DNA of 64,000 nt from assembly GCA_963780225.1 (NCBI GenBank), contig CAWAAX010000006.1:18136-82135 (forward strand). Direction: 5' to 3'. This document shows positions 1-8,415 of this stretch, one piece after another (positions within the stretch are counted from its first letter, which is position 1; each line of letters begins with the position of its first letter). The notes under the pieces are model-generated. The model was not told where the DNA came from, ran no database searches, and saw only the letters and a list, made by a program, of their open reading frames with translations. Both the position numbers and the translations under genes were made by a program. The stretch is from an uncultured bacterium. GTDB lineage: Bacteria; Edwardsbacteria; AC1; EtOH8.

Positions 1-1
1 G

Positions 2-2509
2 GGCGCAGGATCCAATCCCTATGCCGTGGCCGTAAACCCGGTGACCAACAAGATATATGTATCTAACGCAAGCAGCGGCAACGTGACTGTGATAGACGGG
101 GCTACAGATTCCACCACTACCACGGTTGCAGGAGCCAGTCCCCGGGCCGTGGCGGTGAACCCGGTGACCAACAAGATATATGTAGCCAACGCAAGCAGCG
201 ACAACCTGACTGTGATAGACGGGGCTACAAATTCCACCACTACCGTGACTGCAGGAGCCAGTCCCCAGGCCGTGGCGGTGAACCCGGTGACCAACAAGAT
301 ATATGGGGCCAATTGGAATAGCGCTAATGTAACGGTGATAGACGAAGCTCCGGTGTACGATACCGGAGTGCGGGTTGTGATAGACTCCCTGTCCGGCAAC
401 GTTACCTACCAGACCCAGCCCGTTTTGACCGGAAAAGGGGTTAACCGCTGGAGCCCAAGCAAAACCAACATGATGGGAGTGATCAACGATTTCCCGGACA
501 TCCACCATGCCTGGAACTGGTCAGCCGGGCCGTTCGACAGCACCTCTTCGGATTCCATCAGCTGGACGTACAACTGGGGAACGGATTCGTTGCGGTATGG
601 GGAAAATTACATCAATATCGTGCCGCTGGAGATGCAGGCGGGCACCACTAACAACCTGGGTCTGGGCACGCCCATGGTCGGCAACATGCTGACCTACCCG
701 GTCTATTATCTTGACAACGTGCCGCCGTCACAGGTTAACCTGATTTCTCCGGCCAATGATACTATGTCAGATGACGGTTCTTTTATTTTTGCCTGGAATA
801 GCGCCACCGATAATTATGGCATGGGTCTATATCATTTACAGGTTGCCGCCAATGACAGCTTTGCGCCATGTTATCTTGATACGTTGGTAAGCGACACTTT
901 TCTGGCGATTACACTGTCTCCAGCGGACACAATATATTACTGGCAGGTTCAAGCGGTGGACATTTGCGGCAAGGAAGGCTCATTCTCGTTAACTTGGCAG
1001 CTTGAGATCGATGTGTTAAGCCCGGCGACCCCGGCTCTGCTAACCCCGGCAGATAATTCCTGGCTGGCCTCGGATACGGCCTTCTGCATCTGGGGCGCCG
1101 TCAGTAAAACCGGCAAAGCCTCGGCAGTATATTATGTCTTAAAAGCTTATAATCTAGCAGATACTACTAATCCGGTGATCGTTGATACTACGGCTATGAC
1201 AACGGACACTTTATTGATCTCCGAAGGCCGATTCCGGTGGCAGGTAGAAGCCTATGATGAAGCCGGCAACCCTCCGGGCATCTCCGGGTTCTTCAATTTT
1301 GGATATGATACAACTTCACCGGCAGTGGCTTCTTTGTTGACCCCAGCAGACAGCTTGATAACCAATCAGAGCAATATTGGCTTTGCTTGGAATGTTTGTA
1401 CGGACAGCGTCAGCGGGCTGAAAGAATACACCCTGCAATATGCCTACGATCCGAGCTTCACTGCTGGCCTGGCCGAGATCACACTGACCGATACCAGCAT
1501 AACGCTGGTCATGGCCGATAGTAATTATTATTGGCGGGTTGTTGCCAGTGACACGGCTGGCAATATAAGTATGTCTATCGTCAGATATTTATCAATAGAT
1601 ACCTACGATCCCGCCATTCCGACCCTGCTTTCTCCGATTGATGATTACTGGACCACAGATACCACCGTGGTCTGCAGTTGGGGTGAGGTGGTCAAGATGA
1701 CCAAGGCGGCAGATGTTTTATATGTCATCCAACTGGATACATCAAATACCTTCGCATCCCCGCTGATCGAGGACACTACGGCCATTCTATCGGACGCGTT
1801 TAATCTCTCTGAAGGCCAATACTACTGGAGGGTGATGGCTTTTGACCTGGCCGGGAACTACGGGACATATTCGGACTACAGAACCTTTGGGATAGATACC
1901 ACGGCTCCGGACATCCAGTACGTCACAATCTTATCAGATGATCCCAGCGTACCATACGGGCCGTACGAAGTGGTCAGCAGTGTTTACGACCTGAGCGGGG
2001 TCAAGTCTGCTTGGATGTTCACTCAGATAAACGGTGAAAGCTGGGACAGCACGGCTATGTTCTTTGCATCAGACAGTTTGAGAGATAGCATCCCCGAACA
2101 AACGGTGGCCACCGATGAGACTTTGACCGTGAGCTATTATATCAAGGCCATTGATATGCTGGACCACCAGAGTATCAGCTCAACTTACAGTTTCAAGGCC
2201 ATCGGGCCGCTGGGGGTAACTGGGAATCCGGGCATATCGCTTCCGGCTGTTTACGCGTTGACCGGCGCCTATCCCAATCCGTCAAGAGGAAGCACAACCT
2301 TCAAATACCAACTGCCGGAAGAAACAAAGGTCAAATTAGAGATATACAACGTGGCCGGGCAGCTGATCAAAACATTTGACCAAGGGACCAAGCCAGCGGG
2401 GTATCACCAGATAAACTGGAACGACAGCAGGGCTGCGGCCGGTGTGTATTTCTATCGTCTGCGAGCCGGAAGCTTTATGGCTTCGGGCAAGCTGATTCTG
2501 CTGCGGTAA
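2..2509 (+). CDS. Large secreted surface protein (5'-partial): YVTN-type beta-propeller repeats, about five ~95-aa Ig/FN3-like repeats, C-terminal T9SS (Por_Secre_tail-like) sorting domain
   Basis: The frame is open from base 2. The N-terminus repeats 'AVAVNPVTNKIYVANASS..LTVIDGAT' (YVTN repeat). Repeated 'LLTPAD..YYW(Q/R)V.A.D' modules follow. The C-terminus 'YPNPSRGSTTFKYQLPEETKVKLEIYNVAGQLIKTF...AAGVYFYRLRAGSF..GKLILLR' matches the T9SS C-terminal sorting-domain pattern from memory. Confidence 0.6.
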   Translation, partial: GAGSNPYAVAVNPVTNKIYVSNASSGNVTVIDGATDSTTTTVAGASPRAVAVNPVTNKIYVANASSDNLTVIDGATNSTTTVTAGASPQAVAVNPVTNKIYGANWNSANVTVIDEAPVYDTGVRVVIDSLSGNVTYQTQPVLTGKGVNRWSPSKTNMMGVINDFPDIHHAWNWSAGPFDSTSSDSISWTYNWGTDSLRYGENYINIVPLEMQAGTTNNLGLGTPMVGNMLTYPVYYLDNVPPSQVNLISPANDTMSDDGSFIFAWNSATDNYGMGLYHLQVAANDSFAPCYLDTLVSDTFLAITLSPADTIYYWQVQAVDICGKEGSFSLTWQLEIDVLSPATPALLTPADNSWLASDTAFCIWGAVSKTGKASAVYYVLKAYNLADTTNPVIVDTTAMTTDTLLISEGRFRWQVEAYDEAGNPPGISGFFNFGYDTTSPAVASLLTPADSLITNQSNIGFAWNVCTDSVSGLKEYTLQYAYDPSFTAGLAEITLTDTSITLVMADSNYYWRVVASDTAGNISMSIVRYLSIDTYDPAIPTLLSPIDDYWTTDTTVVCSWGEVVKMTKAADVLYVIQLDTSNTFASPLIEDTTAILSDAFNLSEGQYYWRVMAFDLAGNYGTYSDYRTFGIDTTAPDIQYVTILSDDPSVPYGPYEVVSSVYDLSGVKSAWMFTQINGESWDSTAMFFASDSLRDSIPEQTVATDETLTVSYYIKAIDMLDHQSISSTYSFKAIGPLGVTGNPGISLPAVYALTGAYPNPSRGSTTFKYQLPEETKVKLEIYNVAGQLIKTFDQGTKPAGYHQINWNDSRAAAGVYFYRLRAGSFMASGKLILLR
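21..330 (+). repeat. Near-identical ~120-bp tandem DNA repeats (about 2.6 copies) encoding the YVTN repeats
   Basis: Units start near 21, 141 and 261 and differ at only a few positions, e.g. ccgtggcggtgaacccggtgaccaacaagatatatgt... Confidence 0.7.
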
Positions 2510-2593
2510 TGCTTTTGCAGCCTTTGGTGCGATAGGAAGGAGGATCCCCTTCAGGATAGTTCTATCTTCGTGTATCCGGGATATCCATTTTTA

Positions 2594-2646
2594 AAAGGCG
2601 TTTTGATGACCCTAAAAAAGGGTCATCAGGGCGCCTTTATCTTTTT
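2594..2646 (+). terminator. Compound hairpin plus T-run downstream of the surface-protein gene
   Basis: aaaaggcg-ttt-tgatgaccc-taaaaaa-gggtcatca-gggcgccttt, followed by tatcttttt. Confidence 0.45.
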
Positions 2647-2732
2647 GCCTGCCCTGTCCCAAAAACAACCATAAATATGGGTTTTATTTGATTGCAAAAC
2701 TCAATCCGCTGTGATAAAATTAACTTTTTAGT

Positions 2733-4964
2733 ATGCATAACTCCAACTTACATAAAATATTGCCTCTGGTACAGAGGCCGGGACGTTACACCGATAACGA
2801 ACTGAATTCCGTCCATAAAAACTGGGACCAGGCACAGGTAAAGATAGCTCTGGCCTATCCCGACCTTTACGAGATCGGGATGTCCGGCTTGGGGCTGGCC
2901 ATCCTTTATTCAGTGGTCAACCGGCTGCCGCAGGCATTGGCCGACCGCAGTTACCTGCCCTGGCCGGACATGGAAGAGGCCATGCGCAAGCAGGGTATCC
3001 CTCTGTTCGGATGGGAGACCCGGCGCGAGCTTAGGGAATTCGACGTCCTGGGCATCACCCTGCAGACCGAGCTGTGCTATGCCGGGGTGCTGAACCTGCT
3101 GGACCTGTCCGGCCTGCCGCTGTATGCTGATCAGCGAAAAGAGGAGCATCCCCTGGTGATCGGGGGCGGCTCCTGCTGCGCCAACCCGGCGCCGCTGTCA
3201 AAATTCTTTGATGCCTTCGTGATCGGAGACGGAGAGGAGGCCATCGTGGAGATCTGCGGGCAGCTGCAGGAAGCCAAAGCGAAAATCGAAAGCAGAAGGC
3301 AGAAAATCGAACGGTTGTCCCGGATCCCGGGTATCTATGTCCCCATGATCCATGATGGAACAAAAACCAAGATCCGGGCCAGGCATATCGCCTCACTGGA
3401 CATCAAAGACGCCGCCCACCCGCCGCTGGTGCCGCTGGTGGAGGTGACCCACGACCGGCTGACGGTGGAGATCGCCCGGGGCTGCACCCGGGGCTGCCGT
3501 TTCTGCCAGGCCGGGATGGTCTACCGCCCCCGGCTGGTAAGGTCCGAAGACGAGGTGGTGAAGCTGGCCAGGGAGGGCATCGCCAAAAGCGGCTGGGACG
3601 AGGTCTCGCTGCTCTCGCTTTCCTCCGGGGATTACCCGGATCTCCTGGGGCTGTTGCAGAAACTTAACGGTTGTTTTTCCAATTCCAAAGTGGCCATCTC
3701 CCTGCCGTCATTGCGGCTGGATTCCTTTGACGGGGAGATGATAGAGGCCCTGAAAAAGGTGAAGAAGACCGGACTGACCTTTGCCCCCGAGGCCGGCAGC
3801 CAGCGTCTGAGGGATGTGATCAACAAGGGGATCAGCAAAGAAGAATTATTGCGGGTGATAGCCCTGGCCAAAAAAGAGGGCTGGATGCAGGTCAAGCTGT
3901 ATTTCATGATCGGTTTGCCCACCGAGACCGAAGAGGACCTCAAGGAGTTGTGCGACCTCTGCCACCAGGCGTCAAAACTGGGGGTCAACCTTAAAGTGGC
4001 GGTCTCGCCCTTCGTGCCCAAGGCCCAGACCCCGTTCCAGTGGGAGGCCCAGGACAGCTGGGAGACGCTGTACCAGAAGATAGACCTTTTGTCCCGGGGC
4101 CTCAAGTCCCACAAGGTCCAGATGAAATGGCACGACCTGCGATCCTCCAAGCTGGAGGGACTGCTGGCCCGGGGCGGCAGCGAAACGGCGGCCCTGATAG
4201 AAAAGGCCTGGCAGAAGGGGGCCAAGCTGGACCAGTGGAGCGAGCATTTTGTCTGGGGGCGCTGGGAAGAGGCGATGCAGGAACTGGGCCTCGATCTGAA
4301 TAATTTGTGCCGGGCCAGGACCGACGAGGAAACATTGCCCTGGGATAACATTGATTACGGGGTCTCCAAGAAATTCCTGCTGCAGGAAAAGCAGAAAGCC
4401 TACCAGGAGCAGATCACTTCTGACTGCCGGGAGCAGGGATGCCACGGCTGCGGGGCGGACTGCGGGACGCAGGGAACAGGGATCAGGGATCAGATGTCAG
4501 GGGACAGGGGACAGGAGGCAGGGGACAGCTTAAAGCATAAAGCTGTCAGCTTACAGCTTGTTGATGGTTTCGGGCGCAGCGCCAAGAAGATGGCCGGGCC
4601 GGCCCCGCTGGCCAGGACCAAGTTCCGCCTGCGCTATGCCAAGGGGCCCGAGCTTCGCTTCATCTCGCACCTGGACCTGATGCGGGCCTGGCTGAGGGCC
4701 GTCAGCCGGGCGGAGCTGCCGGTGGCCTTCTCCCAGGGCTTTTCCCCGCATCCCAAAATAGCCTTTGGCCCGCCGCTGGCCCTGGGGCTGACCACCAGCG
4801 CCGATTACATGGACATCCAGCTGGACCGGCCGCTTTCTGAGGACATCGGACTGCTGATCAACCCCCATTTGCCGCCGGGGTTGAATGTGCTGGAGTCCAA
4901 GCCAATCTTCGGCAACGCAAAGTCAATCACCGAGCTGTGCGACGCCGCTGAATACCGGGTCTAA
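2733..4964 (+). CDS. B12-binding-domain radical SAM protein (TIGR03960-like) fused to a radical-SAM-associated DUF2344 (TIGR03936-like) domain; ends at an in-frame TAA
   Basis: The CxxxCxxC motif 'CTRGCRFC' sits within 'VEIARGCTRGCRFCQAGMVY'. The C-terminal part 'RFRLRYAKGPELRFISHLDLMRAWLRAVSRAELPVAFSQGFSPHPKIAFGPPLALG' is DUF2344-like. Confidence 0.7.
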   Translation: MHNSNLHKILPLVQRPGRYTDNELNSVHKNWDQAQVKIALAYPDLYEIGMSGLGLAILYSVVNRLPQALADRSYLPWPDMEEAMRKQGIPLFGWETRRELREFDVLGITLQTELCYAGVLNLLDLSGLPLYADQRKEEHPLVIGGGSCCANPAPLSKFFDAFVIGDGEEAIVEICGQLQEAKAKIESRRQKIERLSRIPGIYVPMIHDGTKTKIRARHIASLDIKDAAHPPLVPLVEVTHDRLTVEIARGCTRGCRFCQAGMVYRPRLVRSEDEVVKLAREGIAKSGWDEVSLLSLSSGDYPDLLGLLQKLNGCFSNSKVAISLPSLRLDSFDGEMIEALKKVKKTGLTFAPEAGSQRLRDVINKGISKEELLRVIALAKKEGWMQVKLYFMIGLPTETEEDLKELCDLCHQASKLGVNLKVAVSPFVPKAQTPFQWEAQDSWETLYQKIDLLSRGLKSHKVQMKWHDLRSSKLEGLLARGGSETAALIEKAWQKGAKLDQWSEHFVWGRWEEAMQELGLDLNNLCRARTDEETLPWDNIDYGVSKKFLLQEKQKAYQEQITSDCREQGCHGCGADCGTQGTGIRDQMSGDRGQEAGDSLKHKAVSLQLVDGFGRSAKKMAGPAPLARTKFRLRYAKGPELRFISHLDLMRAWLRAVSRAELPVAFSQGFSPHPKIAFGPPLALGLTTSADYMDIQLDRPLSEDIGLLINPHLPPGLNVLESKPIFGNAKSITELCDAAEYRV

Positions 4965-5285
4965 GTGATGAGACCTTCGATCCTCCGGACCGCAGTGCAG
5001 AAGGCCAGAGTGATTCTGGACGGCAAAAAGCCCTGGCCGGTCAATGTCCTGCGCAAGGACCAGCACAAGGAACTGGACCTGGCTCCCCAGATACTGGACA
5101 TCTCGGACGAGGCCGGTTCTCTTAAGATCAAAATGCGGCTGGTGGAGGGCGGGGTCAAGCTGAACGAGGCGCTGGCGGTGATACTGGAACTGCCGGAGGG
5201 CAGGATCAAGCAGCTGCTGATAGAGCGGGTAGGGATGTACCACATTACGCCACGGGAGATGCTGAGCCCCATGCGGTTTGTTTAA
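4965..5285 (+). CDS. Continuation of the DUF2344 domain, same frame as the upstream gene and separated from it only by TAA
   Basis: It starts at GTG directly after the TAA at 4962-4964 in frame 0. The sequence 'ILDGKKPWPVNVLRKD...LKIKMRLVEGGVKLNEALAVIL' resembles the C-terminal half of TIGR03936-family proteins. Confidence 0.5.
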   Translation: MMRPSILRTAVQKARVILDGKKPWPVNVLRKDQHKELDLAPQILDISDEAGSLKIKMRLVEGGVKLNEALAVILELPEGRIKQLLIERVGMYHITPREMLSPMRFV

Positions 5286-5297
5286 AGCTTTTTATTT

Positions 5298-5395
5298 AAC
5301 CACAGAAAGCACAAAGGGCACAAAAAATTTCTTTCTATATTTCTCAAGTGGTTTTTAAATCGTGATCCTATGTGATTTATGTGCATTTTGTGGTT
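5298..5395. repeat. Gene-less inverted-repeat hairpin of the CACRAAR family
   Basis: The left arm aaccacagaaagcacaaagggcacaaaa (5298-5327) is complementary to the right arm tgtgatttatgtgcattttgtggtt (5371-5395). The right arm is nearly identical to the right arm at 8836-8857. Confidence 0.6.
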
Positions 5396-5429
5396 AATTA
5401 AGGTAATCGGTAAAGGTGTTGGTTGAAAA

Positions 5430-6158
5430 ATGCGGAACATCAAACTTCTTCTTGAATACGACGGCACGGCCTTTGCCGGATGGCAGGTTCAGCCGGAGCA
5501 GCGCACGGTGCAGGGGGTGCTGGAGTCGGCCCTGTCCCAGATGACCGGGGAGAAGGTGTCGCTGACAGGCTCGGGCCGCACCGACGCCGGGGTCCACGCT
5601 TCGGGACAGGTGGCTAATTTCAGGACAGAAAAGGACATTCCCTTAAAAGCCTTCAACGAGGGCCTGAATGCATTGCTCCCAAAGGATGTGGCAGTGCTGA
5701 AGGCCGAAGAGGCCGACCCTGAATTTCATTCCCGCTTCGGCGCCAAGAGCAGGCTGTACCGCTACCAGATCATAACCCGGCGTTCGCCTCTGCTGGAGCG
5801 CTATGCCTGGAGGATCCTCTATCCGCTGAACCGGGAGGTCCTGCCGGAGCTGTGCAACGTCATTCTGGGAAAACACGATTTCACCGCCTTCGCCTCGGCC
5901 CAGGCCGAGGTGGACAATTTCAACGTGAACGTGACCCGGGCCGGCTGGAAGGATTACGGGGGCGTGCTCAGCTTTGAGATCCTGGCCGACCGCTTTCTGC
6001 ACAACATGGTGCGGATCATCGTAGGGACCATGATGGACACGGCCCGGGGGCGCCTTAAGCCGGAGGATATGAAGAAAATACTGGAGTCCAGGGACCGGAC
6101 CCTGGCCGGTAAGACCGCCCCGGCCTGCGGTCTGTGTTTGGTGAAGGTGGAGTATTGA
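5430..6158 (+). CDS. truA: tRNA pseudouridine(38-40) synthase
   Basis: 'LEYDGTAFAGWQVQ...GSGRTDAGVHASGQVANF' is the TruA signature. Confidence 0.9.
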   Translation: MRNIKLLLEYDGTAFAGWQVQPEQRTVQGVLESALSQMTGEKVSLTGSGRTDAGVHASGQVANFRTEKDIPLKAFNEGLNALLPKDVAVLKAEEADPEFHSRFGAKSRLYRYQIITRRSPLLERYAWRILYPLNREVLPELCNVILGKHDFTAFASAQAEVDNFNVNVTRAGWKDYGGVLSFEILADRFLHNMVRIIVGTMMDTARGRLKPEDMKKILESRDRTLAGKTAPACGLCLVKVEY

Positions 6159-6168
6159 GATTGGTATA

Positions 6169-6200
6169 TTATCCGCAGATTACGCAGATTGCACAGATTT
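6169..6200 (+). promoter_or_regulatory. TTATCCGCAGATT plus three 9-bp tandem CAGATTnnn repeats (DnaA-box-like core)
   Basis: ttatccgCAGATTacgCAGATTgcaCAGATTtt. Related copies lie at 11254-11277 and 23437-23459. Confidence 0.4.
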
Positions 6201-6284
6201 TATTTCCGTATCTTTCCTATAGCATGTAATTACAATGTAATTACATAAAATTATTTGATTATTTCATATTAAGACCAAAGAACC

Positions 6285-7517
6285 ATGATCAAAAGCATCA
6301 AAGGCGGCAAAGCCTGGCCGCACAAGAATTTCATCTTCGATCAGCCGATCGAAGCCTTGACGGCCCCCAAGGCGCTGGCCATCACATTATGGCACGGGGG
6401 GCGGGCCGTGGTGGCCAAGGGCGACCAGCTCAAGGCCAATGCGCAGGTGGGCTTCGATAATGCCGGACTGCCGGTGTTCACCGGGCTGGCCGGCAGGGTT
6501 ACCAGCGTGGCGGATTTTCCGGACCTGGTGGCCCGGCCCACGGAATTTGATTTCCCCCGGACCACGGTGTTCATAGAGACCGAGCCGGACCAGCCCGCCC
6601 GGGAGCCGGTGTTCGAACCCTGCCCCCGGTTCTGGAAACTTTCCAAGGCCGAACTGGCCGACCGGGTCTTTAAGGCCGGGGTGGCCGATCTGCGGAAGGA
6701 CGATCTGGAGAAGTACCTGATCTTCGACGGGCTGGACCTGGAACCGCCGTTGTCAACCAATGTCCGTCTGTTGAAGGAACGGCCCCAGGAACTTATCGAA
6801 GGCATGCGGATAGTGATGCAGATCCACAGCTCCACCCGGGCCAGGCTGGTGCTGTCATCCCGGATGAAGGCGCTGATCGCCGATCTCAAGTCTCTGCTGG
6901 CCAGCGCGGTCAACATCTCCATAGAAAAGGTCGAGCCGAAATACCCCCAGCAGAACGGAAAACTTGTCAGGCAGACTGTCTATCGGAGCCAATCCGCGGC
7001 CATCTACGGAATGGAGGCCCTGCTTAACGTCCGGCGGGCGGTGGTGCTGGGCCAGCCGCTGGCCACCAAGTTCTGCACCCTGTGCGACGACACCAAGGGC
7101 CAGAAGCGCCTGGCCGAGGTTTACATCGGCGCCAGCGCCGCCGAAACGCTTAACCTAAGGCCCCAGGATTACTCCAACCTGAAGCTGATATCCGGAGGCC
7201 TGCTCAGCGGTACCTGTCATTACAGCATCCAGCTGCCGGTGGACCGGAATACTTCCGGGCTGATGTTCTACCGCAATCCGCCGCTAAAAGAAAACCATCC
7301 CTGCATCAACTGCGGGCAGTGTCTGGCCATCTGTCCGGCGGGGCTGGCCCCGGCCCGGATATTTCCCCTGGTCCGCGACGGGCAAACTGAAGAACTGGCC
7401 CGGTTGAAGCCGGAAAACTGCCTGGAATGCGGGCTCTGCACTTTCATCTGTCCCGGAGGACTGTTGTTGTCGCACCAGATAAAAGTGGGTAAAATGATAC
7501 TGGAGGGCAAACTGTGA
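6285..7517 (+). CDS. RnfC-like protein (RnfC-type N-terminal fold plus two C-terminal 4Fe-4S clusters); the canonical NADH/FMN-binding glycine motif was not seen
   Basis: 'KVEPKYPQQNGKLV' corresponds to the RnfC 'PTKYPSGGAKQL' region. 'CINCGQCLAICPAG' and 'CLECGLCTFICPGG' are the two cluster motifs. Confidence 0.5.
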   Translation: MIKSIKGGKAWPHKNFIFDQPIEALTAPKALAITLWHGGRAVVAKGDQLKANAQVGFDNAGLPVFTGLAGRVTSVADFPDLVARPTEFDFPRTTVFIETEPDQPAREPVFEPCPRFWKLSKAELADRVFKAGVADLRKDDLEKYLIFDGLDLEPPLSTNVRLLKERPQELIEGMRIVMQIHSSTRARLVLSSRMKALIADLKSLLASAVNISIEKVEPKYPQQNGKLVRQTVYRSQSAAIYGMEALLNVRRAVVLGQPLATKFCTLCDDTKGQKRLAEVYIGASAAETLNLRPQDYSNLKLISGGLLSGTCHYSIQLPVDRNTSGLMFYRNPPLKENHPCINCGQCLAICPAGLAPARIFPLVRDGQTEELARLKPENCLECGLCTFICPGGLLLSHQIKVGKMILEGKL

Positions 7518-8368
7518 TGCTGAATGTTTCCCTGCCGCCCCATATCACCAGTCGCTATCGCTTGAAACAATGGCAGTTTCGCAGGATGGTAGCAATGATC
7601 CCTATGGTTTTCTCGGCGCTCTACCTTTTCGAAACGGGATTTTTGTACTGCCTGCTGGCCGGGCTGGCCGGCTCAATTCTCCTGCCACTGATAGTAAAAA
7701 AATGGCGCCGCAATTTTCTGGACCTGGCCGAGACCCTCTTCACCGCCTCCATAATAGCCCTGCTGATGCCTGCCGGAGTTGATTGGTATTATCCGCTTTT
7801 GGCCGGGTTGGTGATCTCGGGATCCAGGGCCTTGCTTTCGGAAAAGGACCGGCTGGCGCCGGTGAATTTCATGGCCCTGACCTTCGCTTTATTTGTGCTG
7901 GCCACCCCGGAAGGCCTGGATATGGCCTCTCTCTGGGCGGTCAACAACGGCGGCTGGGCCAAGGGGAATTTTTACTTCATGACCGGCTGGCTGCCTTTGG
8001 TCTTCAGTCTGGTCCTGTTGCTGCTGCTTACCGGGAGGCTCTATAAGATCATGATACTGCTGTTGTCCCTGTTGTCGGCCGGTGCGGTGTTTGCGCTGAC
8101 CGGACTTCCGCAGATGGGGCAGTCCGGCCTGGCCGGACTGCAGGCCCTGCTGTTTTTGGCCGGGATCCTGGCAGTTGACAATAACCATACGCCGCTGACC
8201 GGCCGGGGACAGGCCATCTACGGGCTTTTGACCGGAGCGGTCTTTGCGCTGTTTGCCCTGAAAGGCCTGCTGTACCAGGGTCTGATATTCTCGGCGTTGA
8301 CGGCCAGTCTGTTCACTCCGTTCCTGGATTGTCTGTTCACCGGGGGGTACCGCAGGACAAAAGGCTAG
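7514..8368 (+). CDS. Polytopic membrane protein, RnfD/NqrB-like
   Basis: It overlaps the upstream gene by 4 bp and has multiple hydrophobic helices. 'LFTASIIALLMPAGVDWYYPLLAGLVISG' resembles the RnfD '[23 protein letters not shown]' segment. Confidence 0.35.
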   Translation: MMLNVSLPPHITSRYRLKQWQFRRMVAMIPMVFSALYLFETGFLYCLLAGLAGSILLPLIVKKWRRNFLDLAETLFTASIIALLMPAGVDWYYPLLAGLVISGSRALLSEKDRLAPVNFMALTFALFVLATPEGLDMASLWAVNNGGWAKGNFYFMTGWLPLVFSLVLLLLLTGRLYKIMILLLSLLSAGAVFALTGLPQMGQSGLAGLQALLFLAGILAVDNNHTPLTGRGQAIYGLLTGAVFALFALKGLLYQGLIFSALTASLFTPFLDCLFTGGYRRTKG

Positions 8369-8415
8369 AAATTGTCGGGCCTGGGTGGTAAATTATGAAT
8401 CAATAAATTAATTTA

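Noticed and set aside
19-399. A 126-aa - strand ORF over the YVTN repeat DNA
   Set aside because: It is an antisense reading of tandem repeats inside the surface-protein gene, and its product is itself repetitive.
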